Positions 36,155 through 48,209 of a stretch of 64,000 bases of DNA are shown here, one piece after another. Positions within the stretch are counted from its first letter, which is position 1. Each line of letters opens with the position of its first letter. The stretch is from Sporopachydermia quercuum (taxonomy: Eukaryota). The notes under the pieces are model-generated. The model was not told where the DNA came from. It saw nothing but the letters and a program-made list of their open reading frames with translations, and did not search any database. The stretch spans positions 632,433-696,432 of the forward strand of contig BCGN01000007.1 in assembly GCA_001599295.1 (NCBI GenBank). The letters are read 5' to 3'. The position numbers and the translations under genes are program-made.

Positions 36155-37674
36155 CTTTGCTAAGAGTTTTTTTAATTGTAGACAATAGTTTTGTTGCTTC
36201 TGGATCTGAGCTGCTAAACTGTGAATAATTAGTAATATCGGATATTTATTTATTGGTTAGAACTGCGGGGAGAAAGGTTTAATTAAGTGTTGTTGAAGGA
36301 AAGGACATCGAATGATCGGGAAAGGCCATATACAATCCAGACCCTTTTTAGTTTAAAGTGAAGTATGGGGTAACTATTGATATGTGAGGAGTCGGATGAG
36401 ATGGGATCCACCTATATATTCCTCAGAGGGGAATAGATGAATATGATACGTTAAAGCCATAAAGTACACTCCTAAAGTATTTGATGCCATCTAAATTAGC
36501 TAAGTGGGATTTAACAAAGCTCAGTCTGATTTGAATCATTCATCAATGCAATGTATTTTACTGAGATCCGCAAATTTCCAGACCCTGAGGAATACCAGAC
36601 CTTCTTCGACTTACGTCTTCATAAAGTATTTGACGCCGAGTATTTCATGATTATGTTAATACTAAAANCAATGAAGGAGAGATTTTAGCAATGATGGATT
36701 CTACGGACGATGATGATTGCTAACTGCAATACAAACTAGTCATTATTAAACCCCACTTATCCAAAATAAAAATATACACCCTCCTGTGTTCTATGAATTT
36801 CAATATTGAAGAGCTAACATGAAACTATACAGCAGTTGCCAGCTACCATTCTACCCGTCTCATGTAGGAGTAATGGTGGGTTCTATATCATTGTCTCAAA
36901 TCTCCTCTCGTCAGCTTCTCTAGTTTTCTCTGTCACATGTTCGTAAATAATGAGAATTCATGAACACACTTTTTCCTAATCCGGAATCATGCATCTTTCC
37001 GCATATCGCTGCTTCTGCTTTGTGGTTTCAGCCTTTTGGTGGTTCACCTTTTATTAATCATATTACCTATTGTCTGAAAAACGAGGGGGCTTTTTGTCAG
37101 TCATAGAATGTCAAATCAAGAAATTAATCAAATCTAATATTAAACACAATATTGTATTTGAAACGTTTTGGAATTTAGGTCACGACAACTGCCTAACGTT
37201 GTATGATTAAGTGGTGAGAAGCTCCTTGTACCTCTAACAAGGCCTAGACAAGGCTGGACCATTACCATTGATCAACTGACAGAAGGATTCGTTAACAGTT
37301 CTTTTGCATTCGGGTATAATTTTTATTCGATTATATTTAAAATACAAGAGGACTTTGGCTATAATTGACGCTAATTTATTTTATTACTAGCGATTGGATG
37401 CCANATTCCAAATACTGTTTCGATTTAGCATTGATTATCTTCTAGTTTGCTATCAAGTTCAAGTGAAGGAGCCTAAGATACTCTCAACAAGAATACTATT
37501 ATCTACAGCCGTATAGTTATAACAACTATCTGATTTCAAGCTCGTATCTACTATTTCGGGGCTCCTTGTTCTATTTTGCAAGCTTTCAAATAATATCCTT
37601 TAGCTTTCACATCTTGCAAGCCGAACCTCTCGGTCCGCGCTCGTCTAATATTCACTATTCAACTACTATTTACA

Positions 37675-38538
37675 ATGCCATCGCATAATTCTGACTTTCT
37701 GGACGTTGATACACCTCCGGATCCAGTCAAAACACCAGAATTTTGTGCCGTTGATGATACAAGGTACAGCAGAAGAGTGTCATCTAATTATACTGATGAC
37801 TTGAACAACCTAATTGCATCTTCTTCAATCAGAGCTCTATCGTTATCAGGACCTAGTAGTAATCCTAGTCCTTCTCTGAAAAGTATTCCCGTATCTGATC
37901 CCAAGTACGTACCGACATCTTCTGGAGCATCTCCAACCCGTTTCAGAAACAATCTTCAGTCTAGTATGAACCCTCAGGATAGACAATGCTGGATGCAACG
38001 GAAATCAGTTGGAATTGAGGATGTTGAAGGCGAAACTTCTGCAACTGCTTTGCAGAAGCAACAGAAAGCTGATTCCATTGCTGGTTCCAGCTATAGAGAC
38101 TTTCGCCTTGTTGGTAGTAATTCTACGTCGCCAGCTCTTTCTCGTGGCCATTCCTATACTTCGTTAGCTGTGCCTACTTCAGCAGAAAGCATGCAGAATA
38201 GTGCCTCATTTCATAATAAGCATGACTACAAAATCCGAGAAATCAGCAATGATGATAATGGAAGTAACAAAGATGATGATGGAGCAATTGGACCAACAGA
38301 TCCTTCAGAAAACGGCAGGAGATATCCTACTAGTAGTGAAGAAGATTCTATTAGCAATGAAGGTTCAGAAGCAGTATCTCCGTATGCCGCTGGTAGAAAG
38401 TATAGTACATCTGGATTTTCATCTACTGAGGTGTTGAATTCCAAGCCTGAACTAGAAAGGAAGTCGTCTAGCTTTGATTATGATGATTATAAGTCATCGG
38501 TATATCATAATCTTCGTCTGCTGGATTCAGAAAAGTAG
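37675..38538 (+). CDS. IGD1: Igd1-like inhibitor of glycogen debranching
   Basis: Three short blocks match recalled Igd1 motifs: DFLDVDTPP, RRVSSNYTDDLN and C-terminal RKSSSFDYDDYKSSVYHNLRL. The rest is disordered. Confidence 0.75.
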   Translation: MPSHNSDFLDVDTPPDPVKTPEFCAVDDTRYSRRVSSNYTDDLNNLIASSSIRALSLSGPSSNPSPSLKSIPVSDPKYVPTSSGASPTRFRNNLQSSMNPQDRQCWMQRKSVGIEDVEGETSATALQKQQKADSIAGSSYRDFRLVGSNSTSPALSRGHSYTSLAVPTSAESMQNSASFHNKHDYKIREISNDDNGSNKDDDGAIGPTDPSENGRRYPTSSEEDSISNEGSEAVSPYAAGRKYSTSGFSSTEVLNSKPELERKSSSFDYDDYKSSVYHNLRLLDSEK

Positions 38539-39534
38539 TGAATGATATTGATTTGATTACCTTATATGAAAGGACTACAGTGGATATATCGTTGTTGAGT
38601 GGTAGGAAACTTGATTGACGTAAAAATAAGGATTTGTTGATAGAAGTATATATGATAGCACGTGTTTCTTGTGCTGGTACTTAGGATTGAATTGGAATAA
38701 TTATAGTGTGTAACTTATAGTTCGTTGAATTATTATACTAGTTTTTATCTTCTATTTGGTTTATAGGGATAGTTAGTTGAAGCAGAAGAGGCCGCCAGTG
38801 ATAGTAGTAGTTTTGGTAATGTGGTTTTGATAGTGTAGTTATTATTTAATTTAGAACTTTAGAGCCACTAATTGTGAAGCAAGAATTCTTCAGCTTGCCT
38901 ATTTAACGAAAGATAACTACTTGGTGGGGCAACGACACAGTATAGTACGAAATGGAACGATATCACAGAATAGCAACTTGAGCTGAATNAATAGACAATT
39001 GTTTATCGAACATCAATGTCTCTGTGATTTGAATATAAGTATGACGATAGATAATTGCGTCTTTAGTAGGAATGATGAGAAGAATGAGGTAAAGTCCATA
39101 CAGCATGTTTAGCACAAACAGGCATTATCTGTGTATGGCGCTGATCGTGGTTTATACCTATATTATTTGTACTTCATACTCATTTTATTTTTCAAAACTA
39201 CATTACATATGTGGTAATCAATCCACAAAATCACTTTCAAAACCAAATTATTTATAATTACGTAATCAGAATTATTTTCACCACAAAAAAGTTCTAATTG
39301 AAACAAACCGCACAAAATCACCCATCGCCATGTTCTTTCTATTCACTTTTTCCCGTACTTTTTACAAATCAGTACCGCCAATCAAAGGAAAGCCATCTGA
39401 AGTTTTATCCCAATTCCGTCAATTGACCCGAGCATATTGAAACATCTTTTGGAATTTATTTGGATCAAATCAAAGAGTCCTTCTTACAACCAGGTTCAGA
39501 TCATCACAATCTAATTACATCACGCATACACAAA

Positions 39535-41049
39535 ATGTCTGATCAGCCTAGAATTCAACCTCAAACTACGGTAAAACCAAAAACCCGCTGGAAACCCGAA
39601 AACCGGAACGGATATTCAGTCCATAAACAGCAACTATGGGACAAATCCCGAAAGGAGAAGTACTACCCCGGCAGGCAAACTGGATTGCCGCCTGCTCCAA
39701 TCCATCCCCATTCTCCGAGCGAAAGCCTCGCTTTCTCCCACTCAAACAGGAAAGCATGGATTTTTTCTTCTGCCGAAATCCGCAATAACATATACCGACC
39801 TCGAAATTGGGACCTCTATATGGAAACCGAGGTCCGAGTGCGCGGTGTATTCTTCATAAGAAGAATGATAGAGTTCTTACATCTGGACATCGATACCGGA
39901 GTTTGTTCCGCTGTTTATTTTCATCGGTTTTATCAGCGGAACCCTGTGGTGGAAGATATGATAGAAACAGGGCTTTTTTGTGCTGCTTGTGTGTTCCTTT
40001 CTGGTAAAGTAAACGAGAATCGACGGCCATTAGACAATGTCGCCGACGGAGTAGTGCGACTTTTATCGAAATCGAGTAGCGGGGCAGGGGGAAAACTTTA
40101 TTCTGTTTCGGAAAAGATAGGAAAACGGGAGCAAAAACTGCTGGCTAATTTGTGTTTTGATTTGACATATCTTCCGGTTTACTCGAATGCTAAGAAGATA
40201 CTGAATTACGAAGGAGTTATATTCTATAGAGTCGGAAGAACAAATGAGAAAAGTGGGGTCAATAAGAAGCAGGACCGAAATGATGGCGAGGAAAATGATG
40301 GGGCCACAAATAACTCAGAAAATAAATCAGATGGTATAGATAATGGTACATCTAGTCCAAATGTTACCAATGTATCTCCTACCCCTCCAAACACTGTATC
40401 TCTAATTCACGATTCTGTGCACGAAAGCCCCGACTTCTGCTATAATTTACCCCTCAACGGGAAAATTCGGACTCCAGAGTTTTCCGAACTTAAAAAATTA
40501 CAGCACTCATCCGTGATACCCCGCGATTGGGATCTGAATAGCGGGGGTTCTCGGAACGACCTCATTGACCGAATAAAAGAGATGGTTTCTAATTTCTTAG
40601 GCGATATGATATTTTCATATGGTTATTTGAGGTTTGAGGCACAAGATATCTCATGTGCGGCTATTTTATATGCATTATTAAGGATGAAGCTTGCTATCGG
40701 GATAAGAAAAAGCGGGACGAGATTGGAAGACGATACAAATGGATCCGAACCTGGAAAGTTCAAGGACAATTCAAGAGGGGTAGATAGTAATGGTGCTACC
40801 AGTAGTAATATAAACAATCCAGTATACCTCGCGGAACCCGCTATCGATTTCAACTGGCCGGAAAAATTCGGATCAAGCCTGAAAAACTCTATTTCCGTTA
40901 TCAACTACTTATCTGATTTCTTCCTATCCTTCCGCAACCGAGCTAGTTTAGATAAGAAAGACCATCAAGAATGGCGGAAGTATCCACCAATTGATGTTGC
41001 TGGTGTCAATCTGACATCATATGGTAAAATTTTCATGCGGGGAGAGTGA
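39535..41049 (+). CDS. Transcriptional cyclin (cyclin T/K family, probably Bur2)
   Basis: Cyclin box ETEVRVRGVFFI..AVYFHRFY..AACVFLSGKVNENRRPL..EQKLLANLCFDL. The first ATG is at 39535. Confidence 0.8.
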   Translation: MSDQPRIQPQTTVKPKTRWKPENRNGYSVHKQQLWDKSRKEKYYPGRQTGLPPAPIHPHSPSESLAFSHSNRKAWIFSSAEIRNNIYRPRNWDLYMETEVRVRGVFFIRRMIEFLHLDIDTGVCSAVYFHRFYQRNPVVEDMIETGLFCAACVFLSGKVNENRRPLDNVADGVVRLLSKSSSGAGGKLYSVSEKIGKREQKLLANLCFDLTYLPVYSNAKKILNYEGVIFYRVGRTNEKSGVNKKQDRNDGEENDGATNNSENKSDGIDNGTSSPNVTNVSPTPPNTVSLIHDSVHESPDFCYNLPLNGKIRTPEFSELKKLQHSSVIPRDWDLNSGGSRNDLIDRIKEMVSNFLGDMIFSYGYLRFEAQDISCAAILYALLRMKLAIGIRKSGTRLEDDTNGSEPGKFKDNSRGVDSNGATSSNINNPVYLAEPAIDFNWPEKFGSSLKNSISVINYLSDFFLSFRNRASLDKKDHQEWRKYPPIDVAGVNLTSYGKIFMRGE

Positions 41050-44000
41050 AATTTTCATGCGGGCAAAAGGGTGAACTGGCGGAATGCATCCGAAGCGTTC
41101 GAAATGAAATACACATATCATCACTTAAGCAGTAAACAGAAAACGTGTTTTTGCAACGGTTCTCATTTTGAATATGTCCTTCCAATCAACATTTCGGAAC
41201 CCCGTTTTGTGCAATAATAGTACTTTTGCCACAGAAAATTGACTATGGGAAAGCTTCGATTGGGAATTTTGAAGTTGTGTACTTTTGGTGTGGAAGAATA
41301 GTACCAGTGTACATCTCGGAGCATGTTTCATACTATTAATCAGCATATATTACCTGTAAATGAAACGTATACACTGTGTGATGAGTTACGAGGAAAATAA
41401 GTGTGGAGAGTTACACATTCATTAAGTAAAGAGGCAACGAGTAAGAAGAAACGGGTAAGAAATGAGTGCCAAAGGATATGAAATGAGTACGAAGTAAGAA
41501 AGTAAGTACCTTCTTATAGAAAACATAATGAGCGTGCTGTCTGATGACATGTTTATATAATTGTGCTTATATATAAGAAAGTGAACGTAATACTGTTTTT
41601 CTGTGTACAGAACAGAAATTATGAGCATGGTTTTGATTCATGCGAGCAAAATTCAATAGAAATAGGATTTTTATGAAATTAAGGGACTGGACCCAAAAAT
41701 CACAGCCGATTTTGGGCTGCGTTATAAAGAAAAGCTGCATCCAAGAATGCATATACACTAAAAAGATACAGATTTATAAATAATCGTGAAACTCAATGAA
41801 CATCTAATACGAATAATAAAAAAAAGGTTGTTTACTACAACAACAACTCCTTACAAATACGTCGCTATACTTCTAACATTGCCTCAGGTGGAATTTCTCA
41901 TGTAAGGCAGCTTATTGAGCAAACAACTAATCGAATATCCATTTATTTGGAACCTTGTTTTGTTTCGTTACTGCTTAAATTGATTATATAGAATCTGTTG
42001 ACAATCATTAGAAAAATGATAGAATTAATAACATAACGGCAGATATGGATATCTCGACTCCAACTGTATATGAGTTTCCAGTGAGTTCTCCTAGAAAATT
42101 ACAATCAATACAATAAAGTTAAAGATAGAGTTAACGTTTAAAACATTTACATTAGACTTTATTTTTTTACTTTCCATATTAGATTTTAAAGTTCAAAAGT
42201 GGTGCATTCGGTCTGTAATGGACTAACTCTAAAATACAAACTCTATTTAATCATATCATAGAATATATTTTAAATATCCGGATACTATTACTCCGTTTGT
42301 TAGTTGGATTATCTGTTCCAATGCAACAACAGCCAAAAACCAAAGCTCAGTCTCGGATAACGGATACGGGGTTATTTCCGAATGTGATTGATTCCATAGT
42401 GACGCTTCTGCTTGTTGGTTGCTGTTTAAAGGATGAATGGAATTGAAACGAATGAATGGACTGGAATGAAAGAATAAGAATCACATAGCTCTTCTGAACA
42501 GCTACCAGTCATCAGAAAGCAATATGGGCCAAAATAAAACATACTTTTGTATTTGCTGCAATCATTGTTTTATTATAACTCTTAAACTGCTCATTTCAGC
42601 ACCCACATTTAGCTCCAAGAATTCAATCATATCATATCGTAGGACTTTATTATTAAAGGCATCACAACTTTGGGGGAGGGGGGGGAGTCATCTTTACTAC
42701 TGGATTGGTTTGCAGATCTTCTACCGGCTTTAAATCCAGTGTAGTTCCTAACAAAATGATACCACTTGGTCTACTTTGAATCAGCTCAAATAAGATCAGT
42801 TACCAGCAGAAAGTTACTATCCCCTTTAATATCCAAAAAAGCCTAAGATTAAAATCCTTTCGTGTTGAAATCAAATATATACTGCACACAATTGTTTTCT
42901 TTTTCTTTACAAATTTGAATAGTATAATTTCATCAATGACAGCAGCAGTACTGGAATTGTATTGCAAGCTATTTCATTGCATTTGTCTGATTTTTGTTTC
43001 GACCATATTAATTAGTATTCATTGACAAAAATAGTCTAGTTCTTATCACAAAACAATATTGTATTCTATATGAGGCTTGTAGAAGGAAACTACCTTGGTG
43101 AGAAAGGAAGTAGTATTCGATATATATGTTAAAGTACCAGCTGGATAACTTGTAGATGGTTTGGATTATTGTTCTAACAAGTATTATTACAACATTGCAT
43201 ATTGTAGAGAGTGTATATCAAACGACCCTGTGAAGTTGGGAAGCCGTGCTTTGTATTGAGAGAGAAAGAAAGACTTTATAGAAAATATGAAGAAATTTAA
43301 ACTGACACTAAGAAGTCTGTAAAAGAGCAAATTACTCCAATAATTCAGTGGTTGGTATTTCAAGTTCTTTCCGTGACCTTTACCTTAATAGTTCACGTAA
43401 AATCAAGAAGGAATACTACAGTCAGCTCTCCTTGTTAATTATGCTTGATTATACAAAAGAAAAACATAAGTCAATGGCCTGATAATTATCATTTTAATAG
43501 TAATATTAAAAATCAGTAAGTTGTAGACTTAGTCATCAATCCTTTCCTTTCAATAAGTCCTTTAGTTCCATTACGCAGATAACGATAAGAATGCGGTTTT
43601 CTAGTATGAACAAAACAGCAAACACTTGAAAAAGCATTCCATTATTTTATTGCACCTACAATAGTATTAGCAAAAAACAGCTCTAATACAAGGATTAATC
43701 TAAAAGGTATTGTTAGAGACCAAGATAACTAACAAGATGCTTACTTACAATGTAGGACTAATGGGCACAGCTAAGTACAGCTTTTCTCACGTAGTAATTA
43801 ATAATTTTAAGAACCAGGGCAGCCACGAAAGTAATAATGTTAACCAAATGTTTGTATTAATCATTACGTAGTCTCCCTTTTACATACATTTTATTGATGA
43901 TAATCATCATTATGATCACCCACCGGAAAGATAACTAACAATCAAGGATGAGGAAAATCCGGGGTAAATGGTATTGAATCTTAATAATAGGGTTAAGGTT

Positions 44001-44964
44001 AGACCAACTTTATTGTAATTTAAATTAACACAGGAAGATTGAAAGAGACTCCAAAATTAACGATTACATTATCAGAAAATGCATAATGAAGTGTCTTTTG
44101 ATAAGTAACTTTGAAATGAATTGTGTATCAGAACGGATGGATTTTGAGATTAAATTAATATGGTGGTTTAAGATTTGTGGTTATATCATATTTGCGTGCA
44201 ATTCAGGAGATTTTGCACATAATACAGTTCTCTTCGAAAAAAGTGTAACCGCTGGGGTTTGTCAGAAATTTATAGAAAGCCGAAGAAAATAAAGTTCAAG
44301 CAATTTAAAGTCACAAAACATCAGGTAGTACGCTTGTGGTTCAGAGGAACGCCCATTCTGGGAAAATACCCTAACACAGACATGCTCGCATAAATAGATG
44401 AAAATAGAACAAACATAGTCAGCAGAAATCTTTACTCCTATTTCAAATGCTGATGATAATGCATCTGTATTGATTGAAGCTTTTCGTACATTAAACATTA
44501 TAATCTGACACAAACAATNAGAAGAACAGTTTTCCGATTTGTGAAATAATCAATTAGACCAAATTGTTTAAGACTTTGGCCATCAAGAGATGCAAACAAT
44601 AAAGAAATTAAATAAAACACACAAAACACGAAGAGAAATCTAGAAAGTTGAGGTTTCGTAAATGTAACCTAATACAAAATCACATGCACAGAAGCCAATT
44701 TGAGTTTTCAGATGGTAGAACTTAAGATTTTTCAGACATCTGAATTTGACCTTTTATTCTTCCTCTTTGTGGTTTATATTTTTATGCTTTTGTGATTTTT
44801 GAAAATAACACAAAAGAACTACCAACAAAACTGACTTACAAACCAAATTAATTCATTCAAAATTTACAAAAGTATAGAAATTACAATGACATTCAACTTT
44901 GTGACACAATATAAATTATAAATGCCAAAATCTCAAAAAGAATAGTAACGAGAGCACACAAACA

Positions 44965-47900
44965 ATGAAAATTGAAGTCTCTTCAGTGTCAAGGCCAACG
45001 GCGCCTTCTGCTGATATTAACACTCGGTTTCATCCATCACACAAACCACTAACGTCTTTAGAACATTTTCATAACCACAGTCACAGCCACAATCACAATC
45101 ATAATCGCAATCACATCCCTGATCCGACATCAACATCAACAACGGAAACTGCCTCAAAACGGAAAAGAGTAAGCAAAGCTTGCAATAATTGCCGCAAAAA
45201 GAGATCAAAATGCGACGGATTGGAACCCGCTTGTTCCGGTTGCATCAAACGAGGATTAACCACTACTTGTGAGTATCCGAAAACATCAAAGAAAAGAGGG
45301 ACCCCGCTCGGATATACACAAAACCTAGAGATTAAGATTTTAGTATATCAAGCCGTTCTTTGTGATATGATTACTGAGAATGGAGATAATGCTGATGTCA
45401 GACATACGAACAATAAAGCTAAAGTTAGCGAACTTCTATGCCAATTTGGCCAAAACAACAACAACCTTCTTACCAAATTGAGCGACTACAACCTTAAATG
45501 GCTTAGTTCGGAATGCTATGCCGAGCTCAATAGGGTTCTTCTGACCAGAAACGATGTTTTAACCGAGATCAACAAAAACTTCAAAACTGTAGTAGATAAG
45601 CTGGAATCCGAAGGCTTAGAAAATGGCGTATCTGCTGCTTCTGACCCCACTTTCAGATCTACGAACAGAAGTAGTTCTGCAGCTGAGTCTTTCACCCAAA
45701 CCAGCTACAACACTACCAATTTAGGAACCACCAACAACAACCTTGATTTAGAATTAGGGTTTCATTCATCCTCATCTTCTCCGTCTTCCGAAACCTTAAT
45801 TGCCTCCACTGTGGCTGAACCGGAATCCGATTTTGGAAGAGAACTGTGCCCCAGACAATACTCGATCACATCATGTTCCGGCGATACTTCCTTTGCGAGC
45901 CTAGTTGAACCAAAATGGAAACCTTATGCCGATTTATCGGCAATGAAACGGTCGAATTCGGAAAATTCAGCCGTAAGCCTAACCTCAAGCCTAAATTCAA
46001 ACCAAAATCTGACATTAGCCGCAAACCCTTACTCGGCAATAACAGTGGCGCCTCCTTCGGCATTCACAAGAATCAACCCAAATCCGACTGCCACTTCCAT
46101 TATCTCCCCGCATGGCCCACAAAATCTTCTGCTAGACTCCGCCAGAACAAACATCGGAACCGGAATACCCCGCTATCAGAACTTCCGCAAAATCGACCTA
46201 CCCCCACTTCAACTATCCAAATCACTAACCAGCAGTATAAAATCTACATGTAACGAGATTCCCACATCTAGGATCCCCAAAGGTCGGCTTCGGAAGAACC
46301 AATTGAGCAGAAGATTAGGGTTTATCCCGCAATGGAACTATCCGCTAATATTATCCATGAAGGAACCTTTGCAGGAGTTTAATATGTTTATTACCAAATC
46401 GGGGAGCAGTTTTCCTAATGCGGAATCATCCAATAGGGAACCATATTCGAGCATATCCGAATCTGATCTCTGTAGTTTCCCCTCAGATATCCGAAATGTG
46501 GTGCAATCATATTTCAACAGCGAAATCCATGCCATTTTCCCCATTATTGATCCGGTGTCCCTCTTTTCAGTTCTGGATCAGATTTCAAGCGGGACATTCG
46601 GAAATCTCGGCTCGGCAAACCCTTCCAGATCAGGAAATCCTACCGCTTTTGCCTCGGCTTCAGATGCTTCCTCCGCATCCCCTCAATCCTCTCCCCCTTT
46701 CGGAATCCTCTCCACTCTATGGACTATCTACCTTCTCCACAAACAAAAGACCCCGCTTCCCCACTTCGCCCACTTACCCCGCCTGCATTTCAACCACATA
46801 ATCAAAAAATGCCTTGAATTGGAATATTACACAAACCAATCGCAAGTTAAGCCCGGTGAAACTACACAATATCAATTCAGCTTAGCCTCCATCCAAAGTA
46901 TGATACTCCTAACCTTAAGCTACTATAATTGTGGCGAATGGGGGCTCAGCTGGAACCTTATTCAGTATGTTTATTCGATCAGCTCATCATTAATTATTAT
47001 GAATAATGATTCTGTGTCAAGATTGCAAACCGGTCCCAAAAGGGTAAGCAACAGTGTCCATGACAATATAAGGAAAACTCTCGGAAGTGTGTATATACTG
47101 AAGCTTATTATGAGTGTACGGTTTGGGAAGATTATGAAGAATAGTGAGGGATTACTGGAGGATTACTACGAAGGGTATTCCGCTTTGCTGGAGTTTAATC
47201 CGGTTTTAACTGGCAGCAGCGGCAGTGGCAACGGAAACGGAAACGGAAACGGTAGCGGAGGAGGGTATATTGGAAATAGCAATGGAACCTCTGGAAACAA
47301 TGGAAACAACGGCAATAACCCCGCTTTTGATACCCAAATCATCTTCAACAACCTTGTGAACATTTGCTTTAATCTTGACACAATACTGAAATCTGCCCCG
47401 CAGGACGGAAACCTTATTATCAACGTTCCGATTCCGGGAATCAAAGACTCGCCACTAAAGTCCATTTTAGGGTTTTATACATCCTTTTTTGACAAGCTGC
47501 AGTTCCTAAAAGCGAAATTACCTGATTTTAACTGTCTCGGAGGCGGAGGGTCAATTTCCCAATCGGAAAACTCTTCCGATAGCCTGCTATTCCTGTATTT
47601 GGTAATCCACACATGTATTATTTTATTATGTGAGAAAGTAGACCGGGAGCTTAAAAACTATGACGCCGCAGAAATAGCCGAAGTTTCTCCACATTTCGGC
47701 TTACCCAATGTGGAAATACACCTGAAAGAGACGTTCAAAGTTGCTGTGGAGCAGATGAAACAGGTTCTAACCTTATTAATGAATAACTCGGTAATTGTGC
47801 CCTTTTTTGATTATTTTTTGGTGCTGGCTTACCAATTTAGAAGTATTGAAGACCGAGATTTAAAGCTAGGTGGGGTAGCAGAACCAGGAAATGGTGGGGT

Positions 47901-48030
47901 TCCTTTTGAAAACGACTTCGAAGCGGGGTATCCCGCTCCAGAGCTAATGCATATGCTTGATTCTGCGGGGTTCTATAAACCTTGCAAGATAGTGTGGGAT
48001 ATTTATGATTCTTTCCGCCAAGAGGTGTAA
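44965..48030 (+). CDS. Zn(II)2Cys6 fungal transcription factor with a middle homology region
   Basis: RKRVSKACNNCRKKRSKCDGLEPACSGCIKRGLTTTCEY; YF...HAIFPII and SIQSMILL in the middle homology region; low-complexity HN and GN tracts. Confidence 0.9.
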   Translation: MKIEVSSVSRPTAPSADINTRFHPSHKPLTSLEHFHNHSHSHNHNHNRNHIPDPTSTSTTETASKRKRVSKACNNCRKKRSKCDGLEPACSGCIKRGLTTTCEYPKTSKKRGTPLGYTQNLEIKILVYQAVLCDMITENGDNADVRHTNNKAKVSELLCQFGQNNNNLLTKLSDYNLKWLSSECYAELNRVLLTRNDVLTEINKNFKTVVDKLESEGLENGVSAASDPTFRSTNRSSSAAESFTQTSYNTTNLGTTNNNLDLELGFHSSSSSPSSETLIASTVAEPESDFGRELCPRQYSITSCSGDTSFASLVEPKWKPYADLSAMKRSNSENSAVSLTSSLNSNQNLTLAANPYSAITVAPPSAFTRINPNPTATSIISPHGPQNLLLDSARTNIGTGIPRYQNFRKIDLPPLQLSKSLTSSIKSTCNEIPTSRIPKGRLRKNQLSRRLGFIPQWNYPLILSMKEPLQEFNMFITKSGSSFPNAESSNREPYSSISESDLCSFPSDIRNVVQSYFNSEIHAIFPIIDPVSLFSVLDQISSGTFGNLGSANPSRSGNPTAFASASDASSASPQSSPPFGILSTLWTIYLLHKQKTPLPHFAHLPRLHFNHIIKKCLELEYYTNQSQVKPGETTQYQFSLASIQSMILLTLSYYNCGEWGLSWNLIQYVYSISSSLIIMNNDSVSRLQTGPKRVSNSVHDNIRKTLGSVYILKLIMSVRFGKIMKNSEGLLEDYYEGYSALLEFNPVLTGSSGSGNGNGNGNGSGGGYIGNSNGTSGNNGNNGNNPAFDTQIIFNNLVNICFNLDTILKSAPQDGNLIINVPIPGIKDSPLKSILGFYTSFFDKLQFLKAKLPDFNCLGGGGSISQSENSSDSLLFLYLVIHTCIILLCEKVDRELKNYDAAEIAEVSPHFGLPNVEIHLKETFKVAVEQMKQVLTLLMNNSVIVPFFDYFLVLAYQFRSIEDRDLKLGGVAEPGNGGVPFENDFEAGYPAPELMHMLDSAGFYKPCKIVWDIYDSFRQEV

Positions 48031-48209
48031 AAGAGTTGCCTAAAATAAATAGAAAGTGATTAAGTGACTTGTGTTATTTTATATAGTAGAGTGCAAACAT
48101 ATGCAGATTACTAAAACTATTTTTGCCTAGGCATAAAAGAAACAAATTATAAATTACTAGGAATCTATCCTTGCGTCTAGTTTGCCTGAATAGGAACCAA
48201 TTAGCCGAA

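Noticed and set aside
41378..41544. Box C/D snoRNA (GTGATGA...CTGA)
   Set aside because: No convincing terminal stem or recognisable rRNA guide; the interior is a degenerate purine-rich repeat.
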